Assembly: GCA_951813565.1 (NCBI GenBank)
Contig: OX638351.1
Span: forward strand, 3,648,001 to 3,712,000
From: an uncultured Poribacteria bacterium
GTDB lineage: Bacteria; Poribacteria; WGA-4E; WGA-3G
Direction: 5' to 3'
DNA length: 64,000 nucleotides
Position 1 is the stretch's first letter. Each line of letters opens with the position of its first letter. The notes beneath the pieces were generated by a model, which did not search any database, was not told the DNA's origin, and saw only the letters and a program-made list of their open reading frames with translations. Positions 28,151 through 38,993 of the stretch are shown here, one piece after another. The translations under genes and the position numbers were made by a program.

Positions 28151-29266
28151 ATGTTGCAAAAACGGGATTATTATGAAATTCTTGATGTAAGCCGAGACGC
28201 TGATGAGAACGAAATTAAGAAGGCTTACCGAAAATTAGCGATTAAATATCACCCTGATAAAAATCCTGGTGATGAAGAAGCTGAAGATAAGTTTAAAGAA
28301 GCGACAGAGGCTTATGATGTGTTGCGGACACCTGAAAAAAGGCAGCGTTACGACCAATATGGACATGCGGGACTTGAAGGCACTTCAAGCGGTTTCGATT
28401 TTGGCGTTAACCTTGATGACATTTTCAGTGAAGTTTTCGGAGACGTTTTTGGTGGGTTCGGTAGAACACGGAATAGACCTAAACAGGGACGCAGCCTGCA
28501 ATATAATCTGGAACTTTCACTTGAAGATGCCTTCAACGGTAAAGAGGTAACAATTGAAGTACCGCGTATTGAATCCTGTCCAGAATGTAATGGAAGTGGT
28601 GCAGAAAGAGGTTCAACGGTTGAAACTTGCCCACAGTGTTACGGGCGCGGACAGGTAACCCAATCTCAAGGTTTTTTCACTATGTCCCGTCCTTGCCCGC
28701 GTTGTCGTGGCGAAGGTGAAATAATCCAAAAGCCATGTAGGAATTGTAATGGACAAGGACGCATTAGAGTGGCGCGAGAAATGAAACTGAAAATTGACAA
28801 GGGCGTTGATAGCGGCATTGAATATCGATTGCGAGGAGAAGGTGAAGCCGGAACATTGGGCGGTCCTCCGGGTGATCTACTCGTCGTCGTTCATATCAAA
28901 CCACATCAACGGTTTAGTCGTGAAGGTAACGATCTGATTACTTCCACTAAAATTTCATTCGTTGAGGCATCACTCGGTAGCACGATCCAAATCGATAGTC
29001 TTGCTGGTCCTCAAAAATTGGAGATTCCTGCTGGCACGCAGTACGGTGATAAACTCCGTATACCGGGAAAAGGCATGCCTAAATACAGAAGTTCAAGTTT
29101 CGGGGATCTCATTGTGCAGGTCGGGATTGAAACACCAACAAATCTCAATGAACAACAACACAAACTTTTAGAACAATTTGCTGAGTCACAGGGTAAATCA
29201 GTTGATTCTCGACACAAAGGATTTTGGGACAAACTTTTTCATCACGACGATGAAGACGACGCGTAA
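28151..29266 (+). CDS. dnaJ: Chaperone DnaJ
   Basis: J domain with HPD, G/F region and four CxxCxGxG repeats. Confidence 0.97.
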   Translation: MLQKRDYYEILDVSRDADENEIKKAYRKLAIKYHPDKNPGDEEAEDKFKEATEAYDVLRTPEKRQRYDQYGHAGLEGTSSGFDFGVNLDDIFSEVFGDVFGGFGRTRNRPKQGRSLQYNLELSLEDAFNGKEVTIEVPRIESCPECNGSGAERGSTVETCPQCYGRGQVTQSQGFFTMSRPCPRCRGEGEIIQKPCRNCNGQGRIRVAREMKLKIDKGVDSGIEYRLRGEGEAGTLGGPPGDLLVVVHIKPHQRFSREGNDLITSTKISFVEASLGSTIQIDSLAGPQKLEIPAGTQYGDKLRIPGKGMPKYRSSSFGDLIVQVGIETPTNLNEQQHKLLEQFAESQGKSVDSRHKGFWDKLFHHDDEDDA

Positions 29267-29270
29267 CAAT

Positions 29271-29365
29271 GGGTGTGTAAATATTTGGTTACATAGGTTC
29301 AATTTACAATGATTACGCAGCGTTTTCCACTGTAGGGCGGATTTCTACAAAAACTTTACACACCC
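29271..29365. mobile_element. 95-bp MITE with GGGTGTGTAAA TIRs and a 9-bp target duplication (IS256-like ends)
   Basis: GGGTGTGTAAA...TTTACACACCC is flanked by CGTAACAAT on both sides (29262-29270 and 29366-29374). A lone end lies near 33995. Confidence 0.78.
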
Positions 29366-29377
29366 CGTAACAATTTA

Positions 29378-29533
29378 TAGTAAGACCTATAATTAATGGG
29401 ACACTTCTGTAGCGCAAACTTTTAGTTTGCGTCTCATAAGGCACAAACTAAAAGTTTGTGCTACAACTTCTATTGTCCATTATCTTTCCAAGACAAGTTT
29501 ATCAAAGTGTCCCAATAATTTCAAAGTTCACTA
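29378..29533. repeat. MITE-like element with REPIN
   Basis: TAGT...ACTA ends with internal GGGACACTT/AAGTGTCCC. REP doublet TGTAGCGCAAACTTTTAGTTTGCG / GCACAAACTAAAAGTTTGTGCTACA. Confidence 0.65.
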
Positions 29534-29613
29534 TAGTTGTCTGGTAGAAGGATAAATACCATACTAACGATAGAATAAAACGGAGCAGAATCCAATCAAT
29601 GCTCCCTTAAATT

Positions 29614-30528
29614 ATGAATTGGGCGCAGATTACCGTAACGGCTTCTCATGATGCATCTGAAGCCGTTGCAAATTACCTATTTGAAATGGACGCTTTCGGG
29701 ATTGAAATGAAAGATGCTACCGATTCAACAACTTCTCTCATCGCATATTATCCACTGGATGACCGTTTAAACACAAGAGTTGGGAAACTAAGAAATTTTC
29801 TCTCTAAACTTCCAACATGGGGACTCCCATCTCATCCAGCAAAAATTGATTTAAAACGTGTTGAATCTAAAGATTGGACAGAAGCGTGGAAGTCATCTTT
29901 CGCGCCGCAGCGGATAGGGAAACGTCTACTTATCGCGCCAACATGGTCCGATATTGCCCCTGATGAGACAGAGATTTTAATCCGCCTTGATCCAGGGATG
30001 GCATTTGGCACCGGTTACCATCCAACTACACGTTTATCATTAGAATTGTTGGAGCAAACGATTGAGCCAGATCAAAACGTTGCCGATATCGGAACGGGTT
30101 CCGGTATACTTGCAATTGCTGCGGTAAAATTAGGTGCTAAATATGTTGATGCTGTTGAGCTTGACCCCACAGCAATACCGGTGGCAGAAACAAACTTTGC
30201 AATTAATGATGCTACAGAAAAAATCAGTTTGTATCAAGGTGATGGAATTAAGACTGTCCAAGGTAAATATCATCTAATAGTTGGAAATATCCTAACAAAG
30301 GTGATTCTTCCTATCATTCCACATTGTCCATCGCGATTGCATCTTGAAGGAAACGTTATTTTTTCTGGTATTTTGGAATCAGAATTGAAGCAAGTTCAGG
30401 AGGTATTGTCAGAAAACGGGTTGCGATGTATTGATGTAACGCACGAAGCAGAAGAGGGAGTAATGTGGGTAGCGCTTAGGGCGCAGCTTGCAAGCCCATA
30501 TTGCGAATCAGCGCGCTTCCTTGGCTAA
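29614..30528 (+). CDS. prmA: Ribosomal protein L11 methyltransferase
   Basis: LDPGMAFGTGYHPTT, DIGTGSGILAIAA and GNIL motifs. Follows dnaJ. Confidence 0.95.
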   Translation: MNWAQITVTASHDASEAVANYLFEMDAFGIEMKDATDSTTSLIAYYPLDDRLNTRVGKLRNFLSKLPTWGLPSHPAKIDLKRVESKDWTEAWKSSFAPQRIGKRLLIAPTWSDIAPDETEILIRLDPGMAFGTGYHPTTRLSLELLEQTIEPDQNVADIGTGSGILAIAAVKLGAKYVDAVELDPTAIPVAETNFAINDATEKISLYQGDGIKTVQGKYHLIVGNILTKVILPIIPHCPSRLHLEGNVIFSGILESELKQVQEVLSENGLRCIDVTHEAEEGVMWVALRAQLASPYCESARFLG

Positions 30529-30765
30529 TCCGTGACAGAGAACGCATCTGCCAAGATTGAGGTGTGGCATTGTCGGTGATTTTTCGTCACCTATTAGGTG
30601 ACATTTTAGACATGCAGCCGCTTCTTCTGATTTTCGATGATCCTCAATGTTTGAACGCGCTGGTGCCGCGTTGAAAAAGAGAATTACCATTACGATAGCA
30701 AAAATAAAACCTATAACGAAAACAATATAAAATAGCACCTTTGGATTGGCTTGTTCGGTTGGCAT
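30508..30765 (-). CDS. Small membrane-anchored diheme c-type cytochrome
   Basis: N-terminal TM helix, CLKCH and CVLCH, with an intervening MPH. Confidence 0.75.
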   Translation of the reverse strand: MPTEQANPKVLFYIVFVIGFIFAIVMVILFFNAAPARSNIEDHRKSEEAAACLKCHLIGDEKSPTMPHLNLGRCVLCHGLAKEAR

Positions 30766-30856
30766 ATAAGAATAAGTAGACTCCGAATCTATAACACTTT
30801 ATATTCAACTAATAGGATACCTTAAAATCGGCTTTTCTGCAACTGAATTTGCAGCA

Positions 30857-31681
30857 TCATTCAAAAAAAGGAAAAAGGTTCGGCAGATTTTCTGCTGTTA
30901 GTGCTGAACCGTATTCACAGGATTCAAACGCTTCAGCATATTGAATGTTTGCCGCCATCTTTTCTCCATAAAGTTGCACTAAGAGATCACGGTGCTTTTC
31001 TGCTATAGCATTGAAACGATGTCGTAAACGTCCGGCAAGCCATTCGCGCCGTGTTTCGGGACTTTCGGGCACAGCATTTAGGGTGCCACTATTGTAAGGG
31101 AGCCATTCATAAAACTGTGATGTGTGGCAATGAAGCATATCAATTTTCTGCTCCACTACGGTATCAATACCGACAACAACATTTGGTGTAAACAGATAAG
31201 GTTTCATGAATCCATCGCTGAGATAGACAATAACGGGGTTTTTATCTAAATGCGGTGTAAGTGCACATATATTGGGAACGGTCACCATATAGGCTGCATC
31301 CTGCACCAATATTGACGTATAACGATGGTCTGGATGGTAGTCGTTGGGTCGGTGTGTCATGATTAAGTCTGGACGGAATTCGAGAATGGTGCGGATAATC
31401 TGATAGCGATTTTCTAAAGTCGGCATCAGTTCGCCATCGTGATTGTCAAGTAGTTCGTATTCAATACCGATGATTTTCGCGGCGGCTTGTGCTTCTGCAT
31501 TACGCCTTTGTGCTAAAGGACCACCGCCCATCTCATGATGTCCGGCATCACCGTTGGTAACGGAGACGAATTTTACATGGTGTCCTTGTTGGACGTATAG
31601 TGCAGCAATGCCTCCTGCTTTAATATCACAATCGTCGGGATGCGCTCCAAAGACTAATACGCGAATCTGTTTTTCTGCCAT
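30857..31681 (-). CDS. PIG-L/LmbE-family deacetylase
   Basis: GAHPDD, TNGDAG and DYHPDH motifs. Confidence 0.88.
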   Translation of the reverse strand: MAEKQIRVLVFGAHPDDCDIKAGGIAALYVQQGHHVKFVSVTNGDAGHHEMGGGPLAQRRNAEAQAAAKIIGIEYELLDNHDGELMPTLENRYQIIRTILEFRPDLIMTHRPNDYHPDHRYTSILVQDAAYMVTVPNICALTPHLDKNPVIVYLSDGFMKPYLFTPNVVVGIDTVVEQKIDMLHCHTSQFYEWLPYNSGTLNAVPESPETRREWLAGRLRHRFNAIAEKHRDLLVQLYGEKMAANIQYAEAFESCEYGSALTAENLPNLFPFFE

Positions 31682-31824
31682 TTTATAGTTAAGCCAAAAT
31701 AAATGAGACATTTAGTCTCGATTAGGAATTCAAAGTCAGTAACTGGTAAATATGTTGTATCTGTTTTTGGGCATATACTCTTATATGATTAGGACACATT
31801 TCACCCGCTGGGGTTATTGAATTT

Positions 31825-32292
31825 ATGAAAAACTGGAAAGTTGAAGTTTTCTATAAGCCTGAAGTGCCTGATACTATTGGACAAGGCATTCTTGAAGATA
31901 TTTCTGACCTCGGCATCAGTGGGGTTGAATCTGTCAGGACTGCCACAGTTTATTGGATTGAAGGCAACCTTGACCCACAAACTATTGACCGAATTGGCAC
32001 GGAACTCCTTGCCGATCCAATTACGCAAGTCTTCACCTTTGACTCTGATAACGAAAACACGAGAGATTGGACGGTTGAAGTGCAATTCAAAGCTGGTGTT
32101 ACTGACGCAGTCGGAGACAGTACAGTCAAAGGCATCAAAGACCTTGGTGTTGCTGGTGTCAACACTGTTCGCACAGGACAAAAGTATTGGCTCAGCGGCA
32201 CCTTGGATGCAGAAATAATGCGGACTATTGCCCAACGTCTTCTGATGAATGATGTTATCCAAACTTTCTCTTACCAGGTACCGCAAGGGTAA
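31825..32292 (+). CDS. purS: Tandem double-PurS domain protein (FGAM synthase subunit S-like)
   Basis: Two repeats: VEVFYKPEVPDTIG...LLADPITQ and VEVQFKAGVTDAVG...LLMNDVIQ. Confidence 0.75.
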   Translation: MKNWKVEVFYKPEVPDTIGQGILEDISDLGISGVESVRTATVYWIEGNLDPQTIDRIGTELLADPITQVFTFDSDNENTRDWTVEVQFKAGVTDAVGDSTVKGIKDLGVAGVNTVRTGQKYWLSGTLDAEIMRTIAQRLLMNDVIQTFSYQVPQG

Positions 32293-32306
32293 TAGGTATC
32301 ATCTAA

Positions 32307-32494
32307 TACCATTTCTAAAAAATGAGACTTCATTGTGAAATTATCGGTTCAAGCTGTTGAAGAATGTCCGAGGCGCCAAATGCCAAACGCGCATTTGGCG
32401 TTGATTTGGCAATGAATTGCGCTTGGTGAATGTACGTATGACATTCACATTAAACGGGTTTTTGTTAATGAAAGGCGATCAATTAGAAATGTTA
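32307..32494. mobile_element. MITE family C (TIR TACCATTTCT, TAA TSD) carrying a REP with two micro-element insertions
   Basis: TAA|TACCATTTCTA...TAGAAATGTTA|TAA. Near-identical reverse copy at 54693-54860. Confidence 0.78.
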
Positions 32495-32613
32495 TAACTT
32501 GGTATTAATTAGACGCGTTGTGCCAGTTAACATTTGGTATATTTATATTTCACATGTTCCTCTTGTTTGGGTTTGCGTTCCGCAACAACTTTTCCGATAG
32601 CTGCTGTCCTCAA

Positions 32614-32713
32614 GGTAGGAGGGAACTCCGATTCCCGACTATTAGTGGTTTCGTCGCGATTCGGAGATCGCTCCTACAGAATATATGTGAACTTATTTAC
32701 ATAATTTACTATA
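32614..32713. repeat. REP doublet / MITE end
   Basis: GTAGGAGGGAACTCCGATTCCCGA ... TCGCGATTCGGAGATCGCTCCTAC. Related to 16089-16153. Confidence 0.65.
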
Positions 32714-32714
32714 A

Positions 32715-33686
32715 TTAGAATAACGGCAATCCTTGTGCTTCCACATATACTGAATAGAGAGATTGGCTACCTGTCATAAAAAGCCTATTGCGTTTCACGC
32801 CACCAAAACAGAGATTCGCACAAATTTCTGGGAGGTGAATCTTCCCGATAAGCGTGCCATCTGGCGCAAAAATATGGACACCGTCGTACCCATCGCCAAC
32901 CCAACCGGCACTTGCCCATAGATTACCATCAACATCACACCGGATACCGTCAGCAATGCCCGGTGCCATATCACAAAATACTTGTTTGTTGTCTAATCGC
33001 TCGCCGTTTACGACATCAAAGACATAAATGTGTCTTGGTGTTCCCTCTTTATGTGTAACCCCTGTATCTACGACATACAGTTTTTCATAATCAGGCGAAA
33101 AGCATATCCCATTCGGTTTTTCGAGTTCATCCGTAACAACAGTGGCTTCTTTGGTATCCGGGTCAAGACGATAAACAGAAGTCGGTAATTCAAATTCAGC
33201 AATATGTCCTTCATAATTGAGCATAATACCGTATCCTGGATCAGTAAACCAGATATTTCCATCAGGGTGAACAGTAACATCGTTTGGTGCGTTGAGGCGT
33301 TTTCCTCCGAAGTTATCCATCAGCACGGTAACCGTCCCGTCATATTCGGTTCGCGTGACGCGGCGTGTGCCGTGTTCACAACTGATAAGTCTTCCCTGCC
33401 GATCTCTTGTATGCCCATTACTATAGTTAGACGGTTTACGGTATACACTCACTTTACCTGTGGCTTCGTCCCATTTTAGAATACGGTTGTTTGGAATATC
33501 GCTCCATAGCAGATATCCACCATCTCCAAACCATACAGGTCCTTCAGACCACCGCGCACCTGTCCATAACCGTTCAACGACAGAATTGCCGATTTTGTAT
33601 CTCGCAAAACGGGGATCAATCGTTTCAATTGCTGGGTCAGGGTATCGGGTAATTGTTCCGTCCCATTCTCTTTCTGAACCATTCAT
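32715..33686 (-). CDS. SMP-30/gluconolactonase/LRE family protein
   Basis: WSEGPVW, SDIPNNR, LNAPND, PNGICFSPD and DGIRCDVDGNLW motifs. RBS GGAGG precedes ATG 33686. Confidence 0.92.
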   Translation of the reverse strand: MNGSEREWDGTITRYPDPAIETIDPRFARYKIGNSVVERLWTGARWSEGPVWFGDGGYLLWSDIPNNRILKWDEATGKVSVYRKPSNYSNGHTRDRQGRLISCEHGTRRVTRTEYDGTVTVLMDNFGGKRLNAPNDVTVHPDGNIWFTDPGYGIMLNYEGHIAEFELPTSVYRLDPDTKEATVVTDELEKPNGICFSPDYEKLYVVDTGVTHKEGTPRHIYVFDVVNGERLDNKQVFCDMAPGIADGIRCDVDGNLWASAGWVGDGYDGVHIFAPDGTLIGKIHLPEICANLCFGGVKRNRLFMTGSQSLYSVYVEAQGLPLF

Positions 33687-33831
33687 ACAGTTTCCTCCAC
33701 AAATCGGTAAAATCCACAGATAGTATAGCACAAATTGCGAATTGGATGCATAAAATATTCAAGTAGAACAGGGCATTCAATTGTCAAGTTTTCTAATCCA
33801 AAAATAAAAATTAGCGTTTCCGAAGGTTAAA

Positions 33832-33917
33832 AGAGGCGACGAATGCCATAAGCGCATTTGGCGTTGATTTGGCAATAAATGCACATAGTGAATGTGCGTC
33901 CGACATTCACATTAAAC
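33832..33917. repeat. REP carrying a 34-bp micro-element (33839-33872) and a class-2 hairpin unit
   Basis: Same architecture as 32371-32455. Confidence 0.65.
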
Positions 33918-34005
33918 ACTTTTGTTGTTAAAGCGGGCTTACAAAGTTCTCCCACAAGAGGACTCAGCGACAATTGAATGGTTCTGCCAAAACTTTACAC
34001 ACCCC

Positions 34006-34034
34006 TTGACACAGTCACAGTTTTAAATTAAAAT
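34006..34034 (+). promoter_or_regulatory. Putative sigma70 promoter for bioD
   Basis: TTGACA-17bp-TAAAAT. Confidence 0.55.
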
Positions 34035-34127
34035 GTAAATGCAGAATTTATTGAGTTTTTCAACATTTAACACTCATCTAATATTTCTATTAACACATAA
34101 AGATTTCAGCAAATCTTTTGCGGATAA

Positions 34128-34856
<729 letters not shown>

Positions 34857-34889
34857 CAAACTAAATATTATGAAAACAAACTAAATATT

Positions 34890-36260
34890 ATGAACAACGC
34901 TATTGTTTTAGCTGCAGGATTAGGACGTAAAGTTTGGCCTTATGGTGAATTCCGCCAGAAATGTACGATTCCTGTCGCAAATATACCTATAATTCGTAGA
35001 ATAGTCAATAATCTCAATGAAGTAGGAATAGAACATATTATTGTTGTGGTGGGACATTATGCGCAACAGGTGCGTGGTGCTGTCGCAGACATTCCAAATG
35101 TTGAATTTGTAACCCAACACCCGGTTGAAGGTACTGCAGATGCAGTTTTGACTGCTTTAAAAAAACTAAATGATGAAAATTTTCTTGTAATTTACGGTGA
35201 TGTTGTAACCAGTTCTGAAAATTTTCGTAAACTTATTAAAGCGTTTAACTGTCAGAATGCAGAAGCAGCTGCGTTAATTCAGCCACTTGGCGATGAGGAC
35301 GCGAACAATTGGCTTTGTGCCAAAGCTACTGACGGGTGTTTATCTGGTATTGAAGGACATCCACGAGGTGGTTTACATCGTCTATGTGGGATCTATGCTT
35401 TTAAAACGACGGCAACACCCTATTTATTACGGAACCCCGGCATTGTTACACAAGTTCCTGTCGGCGGGATGCCACCGCCTGAAGCCGAAATCGCACAATC
35501 TCTCCAACTCATGATTAATGACGGGATAGAGGTGTTAGCAGTCGAAACAACTGGCTTTTTCGTTGACGTTGATAAACCGTGGCATGTTTTAGAAGCAAAT
35601 CGTCGGTTAGTAGACTATCTCGCAAAACAAATTGATGAAAACAACATAGCAGCGAGTGCTAAAATTTCCGATGCTGCCGAAATCAACGGACACGTGGTAT
35701 TAGGGGAAAATACATTTATTGGTCCACGTGTTGTTGTAAACGGTACACTTGTAGCCGGCGCAAATAACAACATTACGAATGGCGCAATTTTACATGGAAA
35801 CACATACATCGGCGATCAGTGCCGTATTAGCGACTATTGTGATATTCAGAGCAGCAGCATCGGAAATAGATGCATCGTAGGACACGGCGCAGAAATGTCC
35901 GGCGTCATGTTTGACAAGGTTTATCTATATCACTACTGCGAAATGTCCGGTGTTTTTGGATGCGCGACAGATATTGGCGCTGCTACAGTGTGTGGAACGT
36001 TACGATTTGACGACAGAGATACATCAATTCAGATAGAAGGACGCTACGAAATTCCAACTTACGGTGCAAACGCTACCTACATGGGTGACTACTGCCGCAC
36101 TGGTGTCAATGCAATGATAATGCCGGGCAGACGTATCGGTTCTTATAGCGTTGTAGGCCCAGGGGTAATTCTATACGAAGATGTTCCAAGCAAGACCATG
36201 GTCATGGCAAAACAAGAATTGATAACGAAGCCGTGGGGACCAGAACGATATGGATGGTGA
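34890..36260 (+). CDS. Sugar-phosphate nucleotidyltransferase with a left-handed beta-helix (GlmU-like)
   Basis: LAAGLG, GTADAV, YGD and DVDKPWHVLEAN motifs, with C-terminal hexapeptide repeats. Confidence 0.8.
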   Translation: MNNAIVLAAGLGRKVWPYGEFRQKCTIPVANIPIIRRIVNNLNEVGIEHIIVVVGHYAQQVRGAVADIPNVEFVTQHPVEGTADAVLTALKKLNDENFLVIYGDVVTSSENFRKLIKAFNCQNAEAAALIQPLGDEDANNWLCAKATDGCLSGIEGHPRGGLHRLCGIYAFKTTATPYLLRNPGIVTQVPVGGMPPPEAEIAQSLQLMINDGIEVLAVETTGFFVDVDKPWHVLEANRRLVDYLAKQIDENNIAASAKISDAAEINGHVVLGENTFIGPRVVVNGTLVAGANNNITNGAILHGNTYIGDQCRISDYCDIQSSSIGNRCIVGHGAEMSGVMFDKVYLYHYCEMSGVFGCATDIGAATVCGTLRFDDRDTSIQIEGRYEIPTYGANATYMGDYCRTGVNAMIMPGRRIGSYSVVGPGVILYEDVPSKTMVMAKQELITKPWGPERYGW

Positions 36261-36298
36261 GCATAAAATTATTGCAACGCCTTTGAGTATGAGGTATA

Positions 36299-36685
36299 TT
36301 AATCTCCCAGAAGTTCCTTCAGTAGAGATGTGAGTTCCTCGTTTCCAGCAGCAAGTTCAAAAGCACGTTTCTTTTTATTTTCACGGGAATCTTCTGGTTG
36401 GTTAGAGCCCCCTGGTTCCCAGAGCACTTCAAGGTCTTTTGGATTTAAACGGTCGTAGGTTACTTTGACAATCGTGAGCAGATAATCTTCCGGAATTAGG
36501 ACAATCCAGTCAATCGTTTCGCCACGGGCTGAGTACTGTCTATCCACAGTCAGTTTCGTTTCTTGATGTGGCACGTTTTTCTTAACCCACTGTTTGCGGC
36601 CGAGTGAGTCAACTTCAAAAGCACCGACCTCAAGCCAATTGCGGCCTGCACCGTTAGGTTTTGTTGTAACTTCAATACGTTCCAT
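36299..36685 (-). CDS. Hypothetical protein
   Basis: 128-aa ORF with a GGAG RBS. No recognised motif. Confidence 0.6.
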   Translation of the reverse strand: MERIEVTTKPNGAGRNWLEVGAFEVDSLGRKQWVKKNVPHQETKLTVDRQYSARGETIDWIVLIPEDYLLTIVKVTYDRLNPKDLEVLWEPGGSNQPEDSRENKKKRAFELAAGNEELTSLLKELLGD

Positions 36686-36942
36686 GTGTATTTAAATTCT
36701 CCGTTTTGAATTCTATTCTCAAACCTTTTGCAGGTTCTACGGAAAGCATGTATAATTTAGCATGCGTTTTAAAAAATTTCAAGTTGATATGTGATCCGAA
36801 ATGGAAATATTGACATCTAATGTCAGGTATGTTACACTCTAAATTAGTATTCACGATTACTCGATTTTAAGTTTCACGATATTTTCAATATGGCATCATA
36901 ATATTTTCAACTTAAATTACACGTTTTGAAGGAAATTTAATC

Positions 36943-38226
36943 ATGCAAGTCGAGATGAGATACGGTCACAGCACAGTTGCGGTAGAGATACCTGACAAAA
37001 ATTTAGCAAGGGTCTTGGAAACAGCGCAAAGCACACCGTTAGCTGATGCCGACAAAGCGGTTCGGCAAGCGATTTCGCAGCCTATTGCTTCACCCGCCTT
37101 AGCAGAAGTAGCAAAAGGCAAAAACTCTGCCTGCATTGTAATTTCCGATATAACGCGTCCAGTCCCAAATCAGGTGATTTTGCCACCGATATTAGAAACG
37201 CTTGAACAGGCGGGATTGCCACGCGAGGATATTACTATCCTCATCGCCACAGGTATCCACCGTCCCAATGAGGGAAAAGAACTTGAGGAATTGGTTGGTC
37301 GTTCAATCATGGATTCGTACTGTATTGTCAACCATTTTTCTCAAAAGCCAGAGACCCATACATATCTCGGCAAGACGCACAAAGGTACACCCGTTTACAT
37401 TGATCAGACGTACCTCGCAGCGGACCTGAAGATTATAACTGGGTTGATTGAGCCGCACTTGATGGCAGGGTACTCTGGGGGACGGAAGGCAATCTGTCCT
37501 GGGCTCGCATCTATTGAAACAATGAAGGTTATGCATGGCCCTGAATTAATGGAACATCCAAAATCCGCCGTTGGCATTTTGGATGGAAATCCATTTCACA
37601 TGGAAGCAACCGAGATCGCTAAGATGGCAGGTGTTAATTTTAACCTTAACGTTGCTATTGACAAACAAAGACAGATAACAGGTGTTTTTGCAGGGGATAT
37701 GGTTGAATCTCATCTTGCTGGCACACAGTTCGTAGAAAAACATGCCAAGGTTACGATACCATCCCCGGTTGATGCGGTTGTTGTCTCCAGTGCGGGATAT
37801 CCCTTGGACACTACGTTCTATCAGGCGATAAAAGGTTTACTTACTGCTGTTGAAATCGTCAAACAAGGCGGCAGTATTCTGCTTGTAGCTGCTTGTAATG
37901 AAGGCATTGGTAGCAAACCATTTACCGATTTATTATTTAAAACTGACGACCTAACTGCTTTTGTTCAAGGACTTTACAATCCTGCGAACTTCGTTATTGA
38001 TCAGTGGCAATTGGAAGAATTGGCCAAAGTCGCGCGTAAAGCTGATATCTATTTTTATACAGATGGTATTCCGTATCAACAACGATCTAAACTGTTTGTA
38101 CATCCATTGAAAAAACCGCAGGAAGGGATTGAACAGTTTTTGGTACGTTATGGGGAAGATGTTCAAATAGCCGTGATTCCTGAAGGACCTTATGTTTTAG
38201 CTAAAGTTGAGAACGATTCTGTATAA
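36943..38226 (+). CDS. larA: Nickel-dependent lactate racemase family protein (LarA)
   Basis: SDITRP, ATGIHR, NH, EPHLMAGYSGGRK and YQAIK motifs. Confidence 0.88.
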   Translation: MQVEMRYGHSTVAVEIPDKNLARVLETAQSTPLADADKAVRQAISQPIASPALAEVAKGKNSACIVISDITRPVPNQVILPPILETLEQAGLPREDITILIATGIHRPNEGKELEELVGRSIMDSYCIVNHFSQKPETHTYLGKTHKGTPVYIDQTYLAADLKIITGLIEPHLMAGYSGGRKAICPGLASIETMKVMHGPELMEHPKSAVGILDGNPFHMEATEIAKMAGVNFNLNVAIDKQRQITGVFAGDMVESHLAGTQFVEKHAKVTIPSPVDAVVVSSAGYPLDTTFYQAIKGLLTAVEIVKQGGSILLVAACNEGIGSKPFTDLLFKTDDLTAFVQGLYNPANFVIDQWQLEELAKVARKADIYFYTDGIPYQQRSKLFVHPLKKPQEGIEQFLVRYGEDVQIAVIPEGPYVLAKVENDSV

Positions 38227-38303
38227 ATCAGTTGTATTCAAATTGTTTACTACTACAATGAGTTACTGCTTAGCAGGACAAAATAGTTTCGTGTGTGATA
38301 AAT

Positions 38304-38975
38304 ATGGAAAATTCAATCGTGAAACTCAGAGGATATAAGGATGGTTTGCATCTTATAATCAATCCGAAAGTCTCGCTGACTGAGGTTGAGACAGCAATTC
38401 AGGAGTTGCTGGACAGCATGAATCAACCGTTGGCAGGGACTTCTATTCATATTGATATGAGGCCATTGCCCCTATCATCTGAAGATCTGAAAAAATTAGA
38501 AACACACTTGACTGAAAACTACGATCTTGTTGTCAGCGGTGTCAACGTTTTTGATGAAAAAGATGAATCCCCAATCTTGGCAGCACCTGCAACGCATAGT
38601 ATTTCACAGAGTTTGACGAACGATAATCAACCGGATTTTGAACAATCTCAAATCGTCCGTCAAACGATTCGATCGGGACAGACAACATCTTGTTTATCAG
38701 GCAGTATGATTATCTATGGAGATGTTAATCCTGGTGGTGAAGTTGTTGCTGCAGAAGATATAATAGTACTCGGTGCTCTGCGTGGTAACGCACATGCCGG
38801 CGCTCATGGACGCCTTTCTTCTGTTATTATTGCAATGGAGTTGGTACCATTACAACTTCAGATCGGTTCGTATGTGAATCGTCCACCAGTAGGTCAAAAG
38901 CCGAGAGGGTATCCCGAAATTGCTCGGGTTGGGGCTGAAGATATTATTATCGTAGAGGAATTTATCAAATTCTAA
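38304..38975 (+). CDS. minC: Septum site-determining protein MinC
   Basis: RSGQ, GDVNPGGEVVA, LRGNAHAG and PEIA motifs. Confidence 0.9.
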   Translation: MENSIVKLRGYKDGLHLIINPKVSLTEVETAIQELLDSMNQPLAGTSIHIDMRPLPLSSEDLKKLETHLTENYDLVVSGVNVFDEKDESPILAAPATHSISQSLTNDNQPDFEQSQIVRQTIRSGQTTSCLSGSMIIYGDVNPGGEVVAAEDIIVLGALRGNAHAGAHGRLSSVIIAMELVPLQLQIGSYVNRPPVGQKPRGYPEIARVGAEDIIIVEEFIKF

Positions 38976-38993
38976 AATAAGGAAGGGTTGACT

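Noticed and set aside
31801..32286. 161-aa minus-strand ORF and alternative-frame ORFs
   Set aside because: They overlap the PurS-like gene and carry no motifs.
34030..34068. BirA operator upstream of bioD
   Set aside because: Only one half-site (TGTAAA) is convincing; the inverted half is poor.
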